Source: Pseudomonadota bacterium
Lineage (GTDB): Bacteria > Bdellovibrionota_B > Oligoflexia > Oligoflexales > CAIYRB01
DNA length: 56,503 nucleotides
Reading direction: 5' to 3'
Assembly: GCA_031416315.1 (NCBI GenBank)
Contig: JANOTL010000105.1
Location: 1 to 56,503, forward strand
The position numbers were made by a program, and so were the translations under genes. A model generated the notes under the pieces. It was given only the letters and a program-made list of their open reading frames with translations. It did not search any database and was not told where the DNA came from. Shown here in pieces: positions 48,353 through 56,503 of this stretch (position 1 is its first letter; each line of letters begins with the position of its first letter).

Positions 48353-49792
48353 ATGGGCGGGGGCAAGTCCTGGGGGCGGGCGCGCATCGTCGTGCCGCTC
48401 GTGCTTTTAGGCATGATCTTCATGCGGCTCATCTGGATGCAGCTGCGGGCCTATGCCTATGACCAGGACTCGCGGGCGGTGATGGCCATGGAGTTCCTGG
48501 CCGAGCGGTTGGACGATAGGTGCCAGTATGCACGCCTTTTTACGGCGCCCAGTAGCACCGCGGCGGCAGAAGGCAGCGCCGAAGTGCGGGTCGTGCGCGG
48601 CATGCTGACCTCGATCGGCATGGCGTTCGAGGGGCTCTTTCTGTGCCGGCAGGATTGGCTCGAGGAAAGGGCGGCGGCGCGCGTAAACCAGTGGGTGTTT
48701 ACCGGCACGGTCCTGGCCGCGACCTTGATGGCGCGCTTCATCGGCGGCAATTGGACGGTGGCCTTGATCGTCGCGACGATGCTCATGTCGCGGGGGCGGC
48801 TCTTGGGCGGCTTGGGCGTGGTCTCGGCCGACGGCATGATCGCCTTTTCCGTCACGGCGTGGATGGCATCGGCGGCGCATTTTTTGCGGACGGGCGCGAC
48901 GGCGAGCCTCCTCGCGCTCGCCTTGCTCCTTTGGCTCGGGACCACGTTCGACCGCTCGCTGACGGCCCTGGCCCTGGCGCCGCCCATGCTCTTGGCGATG
49001 GGCTACGTATGGCGGCGGAAGTTGGCGAAGCCGGTGATCCGGCGCTTTCGCGGGGCGCAGGAGCAACGCGGGTCGCACCTCGGTCCGGTGGCGCGCGGCG
49101 CTCTGGGAACGGAGTCGGTCGACAACGCGCGGGCGCGGCTCATCGCGACCGCGCGCTGGATGCTCGGGCTCGAGTTTCCGCCGCCGGTCGCGCTTTCCGA
49201 GGCCTTGCCGGATTATGGCCGCGGCGGGCTCTTTCGGACGATCCGCATGCCGTTCTTGCTCTGGGTCTACACGCGGCGGCGGTGGCTGAAATTCGGCGTC
49301 GTGTTCGCGGCCTGTGGCGTGGTGGCGATCTTCCTGGCGCTCGCCCTTTTTGCTTGGGTCGCGGCGCCGCTCGCCTTCGGGGACCTCGGGATCTTTCGCG
49401 AGGCGCTGCAGTTCAGCTTGGCGCCGGCCTGGTACCAGACCTGGCTCGACGTCGGGCTCTCGCGTTTCGACCTGCACCTGACCGCGAGCGTCGTCGTGAT
49501 CCTCGTGTGCGGGATCCAGTCGCCGGCGGCCGGGCTGGCGGGGTACTTGGAGCTCGCCTGGCTAGCGGTGGCGAGCTTTCTCGCCGTCGCGGCCGCGGCG
49601 CTCCTGGCCGACGTCGTCGACGCCGAGCTCGTGCTCCGCCTGGGGCGCGAGCGGCGCGCCACGGCTCTGATGATGGACCTCGGCGCGCGCTCGGTCGTCG
49701 CCTGGTTCGAGCCGACCCTGCTCGCTCTAGGCGCGGTCGGCGTCTACAACCTGATGAAGGTGCTCGATACGCGCTTTGCGGACAAAACGTGA
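48353..49792 (+). CDS. Polytopic membrane protein, possibly GT-C (PMT/ArnT-like)
   Basis: About 10 hydrophobic segments with PMT_2-like spacing (AARV..TV...MARFIGGNWTVAL..ADG). Confidence 0.55.
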   Translation: MGGGKSWGRARIVVPLVLLGMIFMRLIWMQLRAYAYDQDSRAVMAMEFLAERLDDRCQYARLFTAPSSTAAAEGSAEVRVVRGMLTSIGMAFEGLFLCRQDWLEERAAARVNQWVFTGTVLAATLMARFIGGNWTVALIVATMLMSRGRLLGGLGVVSADGMIAFSVTAWMASAAHFLRTGATASLLALALLLWLGTTFDRSLTALALAPPMLLAMGYVWRRKLAKPVIRRFRGAQEQRGSHLGPVARGALGTESVDNARARLIATARWMLGLEFPPPVALSEALPDYGRGGLFRTIRMPFLLWVYTRRRWLKFGVVFAACGVVAIFLALALFAWVAAPLAFGDLGIFREALQFSLAPAWYQTWLDVGLSRFDLHLTASVVVILVCGIQSPAAGLAGYLELAWLAVASFLAVAAAALLADVVDAELVLRLGRERRATALMMDLGARSVVAWFEPTLLALGAVGVYNLMKVLDTRFADKT

Positions 49793-49842
49793 GCGCGTAC
49801 AATTTCGGGGCGCGACACGAACGGTCGGGGCGGGAGGTGGTT

Positions 49843-50724
49843 ATGATGCGTCTGCGGAAGCTCGCTGCGATTGCGTTTGGCGTTGCGATGGCGGCTACGT
49901 CCTTCGGCTTCGGCGGTTGCACGAAGGAGCCCCCGGGCAGCGAGGCCAAGGAGGCCGTAGAGACTCCCGCGCCGGTGCCAGGCCCCCCCGCCGTGGGCCC
50001 TGCGCCCGATCCGGTACCGCCCGCGCCCGGCCAGCCACCGGCGCCGCCGCCGGTCGCGCCCGAGAACTGCTACGTCCCCTCGAAACTCACCGGAGAGCTG
50101 CCGTTCTACGTTCCAGGCAAGGGCGTCGTGCTCACGCGGATGATGAAGCCGTGCACCACGGCGACGGGCCAGGCCGGCTACGACAAAGACACTCCGTACC
50201 TGGCGATGGGATTTCCGTGCACGGGCGGCGCGGGCCGCGTCGACATCAAAGGCACGAACTATCACGCGCCAAAGATGATCTCTTTCATCCTGGCGACCGA
50301 CTGCCCGATGAGCCCGTCGACCACCGAGGCGGTGAAGAAGACGGTGACCGAGGCGGCGGGCCTGGCGCCGGGGATGAAGTTGATGGCGTTCACGCCGTTC
50401 GCGGTGCAGTACTGGGAGATCCCGGGGATGACTGATGCGGACGCCGGCTTCTCCGTCGACCTGCGCTCGGCGCCGGCGATCGAAGGGGCCTGGAAGAAGC
50501 TCCAGACGAAGGACTCGTTGCGCGTCCGGTTCTACGGGCGCGAGAACGCCTGGGTGCAGGGAGGGCATTTCTACATGGTCGACGGCGACCTGCGCCTCAC
50601 GGGGCGGACGCAGTTCCAGCTCGAGGTGGCGGCCGTGAAGGCTCTGACGAAGGAAGAGATCGCCGAGGTGAAGGCGCGGTGTGATGGGTTGAAGCCGGCG
50701 CGGAATTGTAGCGAAGTCTTTTAG
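49843..50724 (+). CDS. Lipoprotein with Pro-rich linker and Cys-containing domain
   Basis: Lipobox FGGC; GGAGG RBS. Confidence 0.8.
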   Translation: MMRLRKLAAIAFGVAMAATSFGFGGCTKEPPGSEAKEAVETPAPVPGPPAVGPAPDPVPPAPGQPPAPPPVAPENCYVPSKLTGELPFYVPGKGVVLTRMMKPCTTATGQAGYDKDTPYLAMGFPCTGGAGRVDIKGTNYHAPKMISFILATDCPMSPSTTEAVKKTVTEAAGLAPGMKLMAFTPFAVQYWEIPGMTDADAGFSVDLRSAPAIEGAWKKLQTKDSLRVRFYGRENAWVQGGHFYMVDGDLRLTGRTQFQLEVAAVKALTKEEIAEVKARCDGLKPARNCSEVF

Positions 50725-50751
50725 GCGGTCTAGGTCACGCTCCCGCCTAAA
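50720..50751. terminator. Inverted repeat between convergent genes (possible bidirectional terminator)
   Basis: tttaggcgg ... ccgcctaaa. Confidence 0.45.
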
Positions 50752-50765
50752 CCGCCCACCACCCA

Positions 50766-51242
50766 CTACTGCGCTACGCACCGCGCACAAACCCCATTCA
50801 CCTGCATGATGTGCCCTTCAGGCCGAAACTTCGCCTCATGCGTCAAATACCAGCGCAATGGCGACATGATCTCCGCCGGCACGTCGATCTCTTCGGTGCG
50901 GTCGCAGGCTTTGCAGTGCGAAAGAATGTGGAGCGCAACATCGCAGGCCAGATGCGTGCAGGCGACGAAGCCGCCGGCGGGACCGGCTTGATGCACGAGG
51001 CCGAGCTCGGAGAAAGTCTCGAGGACGCGATAAACCGTCACCTGATCGAGCTCGTCGCCGCCGATCGCCGCCAAGATCTCGCGGGGAGTGAGGGCGGTCG
51101 TCGACGCGGCGAGGCAGCGCATCACCGCTAAGCGCGGCTTCGTGATCCGGGCCCCGGATAGCTTTAAACGCTCGGTGCACAGAGCGACGAAATCGTCGGT
51201 CCCGTGCACATCCCCGTGTCGATGATGATCGTGCGTCGTCAC
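50766..51242 (-). CDS. Fur family regulator (Zur-like)
   Basis: GARITKPRLAV, TVYRVLETFSELGLVH, CKAC and CARC, His-rich N-terminus. Confidence 0.88.
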   Translation of the reverse strand: MTTHDHHRHGDVHGTDDFVALCTERLKLSGARITKPRLAVMRCLAASTTALTPREILAAIGGDELDQVTVYRVLETFSELGLVHQAGPAGGFVACTHLACDVALHILSHCKACDRTEEIDVPAEIMSPLRWYLTHEAKFRPEGHIMQVNGVCARCVAQ

Positions 51243-51258
51243 GCACGGCTTGTAGGAC

Positions 51259-51294
51259 GTTTACGGCGCGCTGTAAAGGCAGCGGGCCGTAAAC
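51259..51294. other. Intergenic hairpin
   Basis: gtttacggc-g-cgctg / cagcg-g-gccgtaaac; no U tract. Confidence 0.5.
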
Positions 51295-51308
51295 ACCCGA
51301 AGAGACTC

Positions 51309-52799
51309 TTAGTTTTGCACTGTCAGATGGGTCCAGCCGCTGCTGAAGGCCTGCAGGGCACCGATCTTACCGACGGCCTTCACGCGGTAGTCGCCGTTGG
51401 CGTAGCTGGCGGTGCGCCAGCCGATCTTCGCCCGCGTGCCCGGATCTTCGATCATCGTCGTTCGCACCGGCGCGCCGTCCGCCTTCTCGATCACGAAGTC
51501 GATGGAGGTCAACGGCACGCGGTCGACCGTCGCGCCGATGTTGAAGAAGACGCGGTCCCGGATTGGCCGCGACGGATCGAAGGCGTCGGGCGCGAGCGTG
51601 ACGACGACGTTCTGGGGATGATTGGCGACGGCGACGACCGCGTACCAGGGCCGCGCGGTTTGGCCGGAGACCTCGGAGGCGAGCTTCACCTCGTAGACGC
51701 CGTCTTCCAGCGCCGTCGTGTCGACCGTCGCGGAGAGCGACGTCGTGTCGAGGCGCCCGTCGTGCCGCGAGCGCGCCGTGCCCTTGCCGACGATGGAGAA
51801 GGGGGCGCCGTCGAGCGCGAGGTCGCGTGTCGTAACGCCTCGCAGCTCGAGGTCGCCGGCGACGGCGCTCAGGTGCGTCGGCGACGCCAGCTTCAGATAG
51901 GTGTTCGGCGTGGAAAGCGTGAAGGCCGTGTTGCTGCTGCCAACGCCGGAGACGTCGTCGTACGCGATGCGAAAGAAGCCGCTTTCTCCCCAATCGGTGC
52001 CCCAACTATTCTTCACGATCCAGGCGCGCGCCTCGTCGTCGTAGCCGACGATCGTGACGGCATGGCCGCCGGCGTAGTCGCCGGCGACGTGGCGGTAGAC
52101 GCCCCCGGTGTAAAACATGAAGTCCTCGTAGACGGTCATGGTCGTCATCAGCGGGCCGTTGAGGAGCGCCGCTTTCGCCTGAGACGGGCCGAAAGTCTGC
52201 GAGCCGGTGATCTTGATCGCGCGAGCCGCGGCGTCCGCGCAGGCGCCGCTCGTCGGGGCGTCCTCGCCGAGGCGGCCAGAGACGTATGGGTAACAGGCTT
52301 CGTCGAGCGCGCCGCGGCTGCGAAGCGCGGCGGTCGCCGAGGCGGGCCAGCTGCCGGAGTCGCAACTGCCGATTCGGCTGAAGAGGTCCTGCTCCGAGGC
52401 GTCGAAGTCGACGCCGGCTCTGCCGATCGCGACGTTGAACTGACTTTCGAACGCCGCCGTCGCGGCGAAGGCGACGCAACTGCCGCAGCGGCCTTGGTTC
52501 TTCACCGGGCTGACCCAGTTGATACCGGAGGCGTTGCGCCAGTCGAACGTCGTCGGCGCGCCTTCCGGGGTCGGGAACTCGAGCACGGTCTCGAGGCCCT
52601 TTCGCGCCTCTAGCCAGGCGGCCGGCAGACCGAAGGCGTGCGCCTTGCCGCCGAACTGCGCCACGGCCGGCGTCTCGCCGGCGGACCATTCCGCCTCGGG
52701 ATGTTGGGCGAGCTCTTGTTTCAATTCTGCGAGCGTCAGCGCTTGCGCGCTCCCCGCGAAGACAAACGCAGACCACACGGCATGACGGCCGAACCGCAT
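51309..52799 (-). CDS. C1 papain-family cysteine protease with C-terminal Ig-like domains
   Basis: Signal peptide; FDWRN, NQGRCGSCVAFA, GHAV, KNSWG..WGESG. Confidence 0.95.
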   Translation of the reverse strand: MRFGRHAVWSAFVFAGSAQALTLAELKQELAQHPEAEWSAGETPAVAQFGGKAHAFGLPAAWLEARKGLETVLEFPTPEGAPTTFDWRNASGINWVSPVKNQGRCGSCVAFAATAAFESQFNVAIGRAGVDFDASEQDLFSRIGSCDSGSWPASATAALRSRGALDEACYPYVSGRLGEDAPTSGACADAAARAIKITGSQTFGPSQAKAALLNGPLMTTMTVYEDFMFYTGGVYRHVAGDYAGGHAVTIVGYDDEARAWIVKNSWGTDWGESGFFRIAYDDVSGVGSSNTAFTLSTPNTYLKLASPTHLSAVAGDLELRGVTTRDLALDGAPFSIVGKGTARSRHDGRLDTTSLSATVDTTALEDGVYEVKLASEVSGQTARPWYAVVAVANHPQNVVVTLAPDAFDPSRPIRDRVFFNIGATVDRVPLTSIDFVIEKADGAPVRTTMIEDPGTRAKIGWRTASYANGDYRVKAVGKIGALQAFSSGWTHLTVQN

Positions 52800-52846
52800 C
52801 GGAATCCCCCCCGAAAATCAATGGCAATGCTGAGCTTTGCCTTCGA

Positions 52847-53623
52847 TTATAGCACGGGGGGCGGGTGGGCGAGGAGGGCGCGGCCCGCTCCCAGAGCGAC
52901 TTTGGCGGGTAAAGCACAGTGCGTCTCGAGGAAGCGCGAGGGTCCGCCTTGCGCTTGGACGTCACGCAAGAATCGGTTCATCCGGCCGAGTTTTGCGGGC
53001 GCAAGGCTTTTGGTTTTTCGGTAGTCGCATTCGACCGCGTCGATCAACGCGCCGTCGAAGCGGCCGGCGGCCTCGGCCGCGAGTGCCTGCAGGAGCGCGG
53101 CGTAAGTCCCGGTGCGGTCGCGTCCCGCGTCGCAGTGGACGAGCAGGCGTTCGCCGCGCGCGATCGCGGCGAAGCCTTCGGCGAAGAAGCCGCAGACTTC
53201 GGCGCGCACGACCGGGTTCGGCCAGTTTTTAGCGAACTCGAGGTCGTTCAGCTCCGCCCGCGCGTTGAAGTGCTTGCCGATCGTCGGCGTCCCGTCGTCC
53301 TGCAGGCAGTAGAACTCGTGGCCGTCCTTGGGGTCGAAGTTCAAAGACAAGATCGTCTCGGGTGAGCCGACCGCGGCGCAACTAAAGCCCGAGAACCACA
53401 TCGCAGCCCGGAAGGCCTGGCCTTCGCGCATGAGGGGCGTGCCGAGGCAGGCGTTGAGACTCGCGCCGAAATCGCGGAAATTATGGCCGATCACGGCGCC
53501 TTCCCACTTCACCACCAGCGCGCGGCCGGGAACCTGCGAGGGGCGCCAAACGGTAAAGGCCCATGCGAGAAGGACGACGAGGGCGCCCGCGCAGCACATG
53601 GCAAATATTGATCGGGTCCGCAT
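52847..53623 (-). CDS. PtpB-like tyrosine/dual-specificity phosphatase with N-terminal TM
   Basis: NFRDFG, VHCDAGRDRTG (CX5R); GGGAGA RBS. Confidence 0.85.
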   Translation of the reverse strand: MRTRSIFAMCCAGALVVLLAWAFTVWRPSQVPGRALVVKWEGAVIGHNFRDFGASLNACLGTPLMREGQAFRAAMWFSGFSCAAVGSPETILSLNFDPKDGHEFYCLQDDGTPTIGKHFNARAELNDLEFAKNWPNPVVRAEVCGFFAEGFAAIARGERLLVHCDAGRDRTGTYAALLQALAAEAAGRFDGALIDAVECDYRKTKSLAPAKLGRMNRFLRDVQAQGGPSRFLETHCALPAKVALGAGRALLAHPPPVL

Positions 53624-53693
53624 CTGTCTCCCGGGGCTCGATTCGACTATGATGAACCGATACCGCTTCCTACCGCAAAAAGGCCTTTCGCGC

Positions 53694-54167
53694 ATGCTGT
53701 TGCGTTTCCGCATCCTCGAGCAAGGCGCCGTCCGAACCCTGATCCGGTTGGAAGGCGCGCTCGACGATGGCATCGCTCCGGTCCTGGCCCAGCTCGAAGC
53801 GGTCGCGAAAACCAAGGAGCTGGCGCTCGACGTCGGCGGCATCGAGCGGATCACGTCTCTCGGCGTGAAGGGCTGGATCAGCGGCATGGACCGCCTCGAC
53901 GTGCGCTCGAAGGTCTCCTTCGTCAACTGCCCGTCGGCCTTCGTCGACATGGGCGTGATGCTGCCGTCCTTCGTCAAAGGGCGGAAGGTCGAGTCGTTTT
54001 ACGCGCCGTTCGAGTGTGAGAGCTGCAACATCGGCCAGTCGGTGCTCGTCACGGTGACCTCCGGCAAGATGAGCGCTCTGCCGAAAATCGTATGCAAGAC
54101 CTGCGGCGAAGCCATGGCCGTCGACGAGGACTTCGTCGCCGAGGCGGAGACCATCCTCACGGCTTGA
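53694..54167 (+). CDS. STAS-like domain plus zinc ribbon protein
   Basis: LEGALD, LDVGGIERITSLGVKGW, SFYAPFECESC..CKTCG; start may be 53649. Confidence 0.8.
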   Translation: MLLRFRILEQGAVRTLIRLEGALDDGIAPVLAQLEAVAKTKELALDVGGIERITSLGVKGWISGMDRLDVRSKVSFVNCPSAFVDMGVMLPSFVKGRKVESFYAPFECESCNIGQSVLVTVTSGKMSALPKIVCKTCGEAMAVDEDFVAEAETILTA

Positions 54168-54927
54168 GCATCGCCTCGGCGGGCGGGCCGGCGGGCGAGG
54201 TCGTGCCGATGCGCTTTCTCAGGCGGTCGAGCGCTTTGGCGAGCCCGCGGTCCGAAGGCGCCAAATCGAGCGCACGCGTCCACGCCCTTTCGGCCAAGGC
54301 CTCCTGACGCAGCTTCATGAGCACAGTGCCCTTCATCTTCAGGAGCTTCGGACTCGTCGGATAAAAGGCGAGGAGCTGGTTCACCTCGATCAGGCAGTAC
54401 TCGAAGTCACGCTTCTTGTAGTACTCGTTGATGCGCGCGAGGCCCAGCGTGTAGCTCGGCGCCTGCTCGGGTCCTTCGGACTCGGCGACGCCGAAGGCCT
54501 GATCGAGCATGGCGCTGTCGGTCGGGCGCTTTTGCTCGAGGCGCGGCAGGTCCTTGGTGATCTCCTGGTCGGTGCGCACCGCGCTCGCCAGCGTGCGGGG
54601 CGGTCTGCCGGCCGAGGCGCCGGTGCCGGAGGCAGCGTCGCCGAGCTCGCCGAGGGGCACCATGACGTCGTAGTCGCGGGCGCCGCCGGGGATTTCGACG
54701 CTGTATTCGCGGTCGCCAACGGCGGAACGGATGATGAACTTCTCGTCGGAGCTCGTCGCGGCGCCGGCGGTGCCGAGCGGGCGCGTCTCCTCGACGAACG
54801 GGTAGGCGATCTGGCCCTCGAGACCGGCGTCGATCGGGCGCTCCGCGCCGCCTTCGCCGAACAGGCAGGAGGAGCTTAGAAGGACGAGCGCGAAGCTAGT
54901 AGTTGAGAGACAAGACCATGTCGCCAC
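54157..54927 (-). CDS. TPR-containing lipoprotein
   Basis: GTG start with AAAGGAGG RBS; SSSC lipobox; C-terminal TPR. Confidence 0.8.
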   Translation of the reverse strand: MATWSCLSTTSFALVLLSSSCLFGEGGAERPIDAGLEGQIAYPFVEETRPLGTAGAATSSDEKFIIRSAVGDREYSVEIPGGARDYDVMVPLGELGDAASGTGASAGRPPRTLASAVRTDQEITKDLPRLEQKRPTDSAMLDQAFGVAESEGPEQAPSYTLGLARINEYYKKRDFEYCLIEVNQLLAFYPTSPKLLKMKGTVLMKLRQEALAERAWTRALDLAPSDRGLAKALDRLRKRIGTTSPAGPPAEAMLKP

Positions 54928-56185
54928 CGGCGCCTCCTTTCGTCTTGATGCGGTCGGTGCCGACGAGGATGGAGGACGGCGCGACGAAGTTGCCGGCGAG
55001 GCTGACCGCGAAGCGGCGGCCCATGAAGACGTCCCATCCGGTGCGCACGACCGGCGCGGCGTAGCCGGTGGCGCCGAGCGCGCCGATTCCGACGTGGAAG
55101 CCGTGGCGCAGCTCGTTGTAGCTCTCGACGGCGCCGAGGAAGATGTGACCGAAGGTAGCGTAGACGGCGATCGCCGTCTGGAACGGGACGGGCTTGCCCT
55201 TCCCTGGCGTGGCGACGGGCGTCGTCTCGTCGGCGGGAGCCTCGGTCGGATATTTTTTGATGAGCGAGCTCTGGCTCTTGAGGAGCGAAAGGAGGAGACC
55301 GAACTCGGTCTTGCGGTTGTCGAACTTCTCGGTCGCGCGTACCTGGACATTCATCATCTTCGAGTCCTCCGCGTCGCCCGCGACGTTCGGGATCGCGGCG
55401 GCCCCGGCGCCGAAGAGGAAGCGGTACTCCGGCACGTATTCGTCGCTATCGCGGCCCTTTTGCACCTGCGTCAGGTCGACCGCGAGCTTTTGGTAGCGGC
55501 TCGCCACGGTCTCGCTGTTGTAGGTGCGCGCCCAGACGAGCTCTTTGGTCTGCGAGTTGAAGACGTTCAACGCGAGCACCATGTGCGTCGTGTGATAGAC
55601 GAGGACGGCGTCCATGAAGTTCTCGATGCCGAGCTGCGTCGCGGCGGCCTCAAGCTTCGCCATGTTCGTCGCCGGCGACGAGATGAGGAGCTTGCCCTCG
55701 ACGAGGGACGACGTGCGCTGCTTGCAAGGAACGCAGGAGATGAGCTTGACGCGCGAATTTGCGTGGATGCGCTCTTGCAGCAGCGTCTCGACGTAATCCT
55801 CGTAGGTCGAGGGAATCGCCTTCGAGACGCGTACTTTGCGGATCGCGAGGTTCGACAGGCCTTTGATCGCCCCAGTCTTCACGTCATAGGCGAGCTCGGC
55901 CAGGAGCTCGTCCAGGACCTCGTGGAAACGGCGGATCTGCGGCGACGACGCGACGCGCAGGCGCTCGCCGTCCTTGGCGCGATCCGACGCGAGCTTGGCG
56001 GCTTCGGCCTTGGATTCGACCTTGGACTGCGCCGGACCAGCGTCGGAGGGGTCCTTCTCGTCCTCGTCGTCGCCTTCTTCCCAGGCGGTGCCTTTCTTGT
56101 CGGTTTCGTCTTGCGCCCACGCCGGCGCCGCGCCGGCGGTGGCCAGACATAGGACGAGGGCTAGATGGCGGACGGAGACTCGCAT
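54896..56185 (-). CDS. Exported protein: acidic tail, CsgG/FlgO-like domain, putative beta-barrel
   Basis: Signal peptide AWA; TKELVWARTY; amphipathic strands ending VLSLNY. Confidence 0.65.
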   Translation of the reverse strand: MRVSVRHLALVLCLATAGAAPAWAQDETDKKGTAWEEGDDEDEKDPSDAGPAQSKVESKAEAAKLASDRAKDGERLRVASSPQIRRFHEVLDELLAELAYDVKTGAIKGLSNLAIRKVRVSKAIPSTYEDYVETLLQERIHANSRVKLISCVPCKQRTSSLVEGKLLISSPATNMAKLEAAATQLGIENFMDAVLVYHTTHMVLALNVFNSQTKELVWARTYNSETVASRYQKLAVDLTQVQKGRDSDEYVPEYRFLFGAGAAAIPNVAGDAEDSKMMNVQVRATEKFDNRKTEFGLLLSLLKSQSSLIKKYPTEAPADETTPVATPGKGKPVPFQTAIAVYATFGHIFLGAVESYNELRHGFHVGIGALGATGYAAPVVRTGWDVFMGRRFAVSLAGNFVAPSSILVGTDRIKTKGGAGGDMVLSLNY

Positions 56186-56241
56186 AAGCTCTTGTTCGGT
56201 CGCTAGGCGACGGAGCTTGAGCCGCAACTTTCTGATCTAGT

Positions 56242-56294
56242 TAGACCCTGGCGCGAAAGCGCCAGGGTCTATCCCGAGCGGAGCGAGGGATCTC
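56242..56294. repeat. Tandem hairpins / REP-like element
   Basis: 13-bp perfect stem tagaccctggcgc-GAAA-gcgccagggtcta, followed by atcccgagcggagcgagggatc. Confidence 0.7.
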
Positions 56295-56331
56295 GGCGAT
56301 TACACCTGCGCCGCCGCTTCCCGGCACCATC

Positions 56332-56466
56332 ATGGGGGGGCAGCTCGGAAGAAGTCGCATGCAGAGCGACGCGGCAACACTGGCCGCCGGGTACGCCTCT
56401 GTCCTCGGCTTCAATCTGCGGCAACTGACCAGGGCGCAGCGAGCAGGGAAGGCAAAGTCTGCATGA
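56332..56466 (+). pseudogene. C-terminal remnant of an IS5-like transposase
   Basis: Hand translation MGGQLGRSRMQSDAATLAAGYASVLGFNLRQL resembles IS5-type C-termini (L.R.R.......N L); no upstream DDE region. Confidence 0.55.
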
Positions 56467-56503
56467 TCATTGCCGGGGAATCCGGCGAGAGCGAGGGTCG
56501 CGT

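Noticed and set aside
48643..49842. 693-aa ORF extension upstream of the lipoprotein (likewise 23148, 39047, 53977 and 55350 starts)
   Set aside because: Overlaps real genes; true starts are marked by an RBS and signal peptide further downstream

Overview
This is a densely coding, high-GC (visually about two-thirds G+C) bacterial chromosomal segment with about 58 credible CDS. I found no rRNA, tRNA, CRISPR array, prophage or intact mobile element. The gene content suggests, by inference only, a Bdellovibrionota/Oligoflexia- or myxobacteria-like organism: pilGHI-like ABC module, STAS/Zn-ribbon protein, orphan beta-barrels, many lipoproteins, and secreted proteases of families M20, M23, S1, M64, M48, S8 and C1. 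Housekeeping genes include PDH E2 (partial), yggS, yggT, lpoB, Leu/Val dehydrogenase, mnmG, thyA-folA, mce and a Fur-family regulator. No new system can be proven from sequence alone. The best leads are: (1) a class A PBP-like protein with an RNase R-like winged-HTH at its cytoplasmic N-terminus; (2) a TIGR04283/TIGR04282-like glycosyltransferase pair beside an ArsC homolog lacking its catalytic cysteine; (3) an AT-rich intergenic region with a perfect DnaA box upstream of a basic orphan protein; (4) a yggS-yggT-pilGHI-HNH operon; (5) a degenerate sensor-kinase-like protein; (6) a possible polyprenol-P-mannose/GT-C glycosylation route; (7) an 80-bp inverted-repeat element and an IS5-like remnant. 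All family calls come from motif recognition, not database searches.
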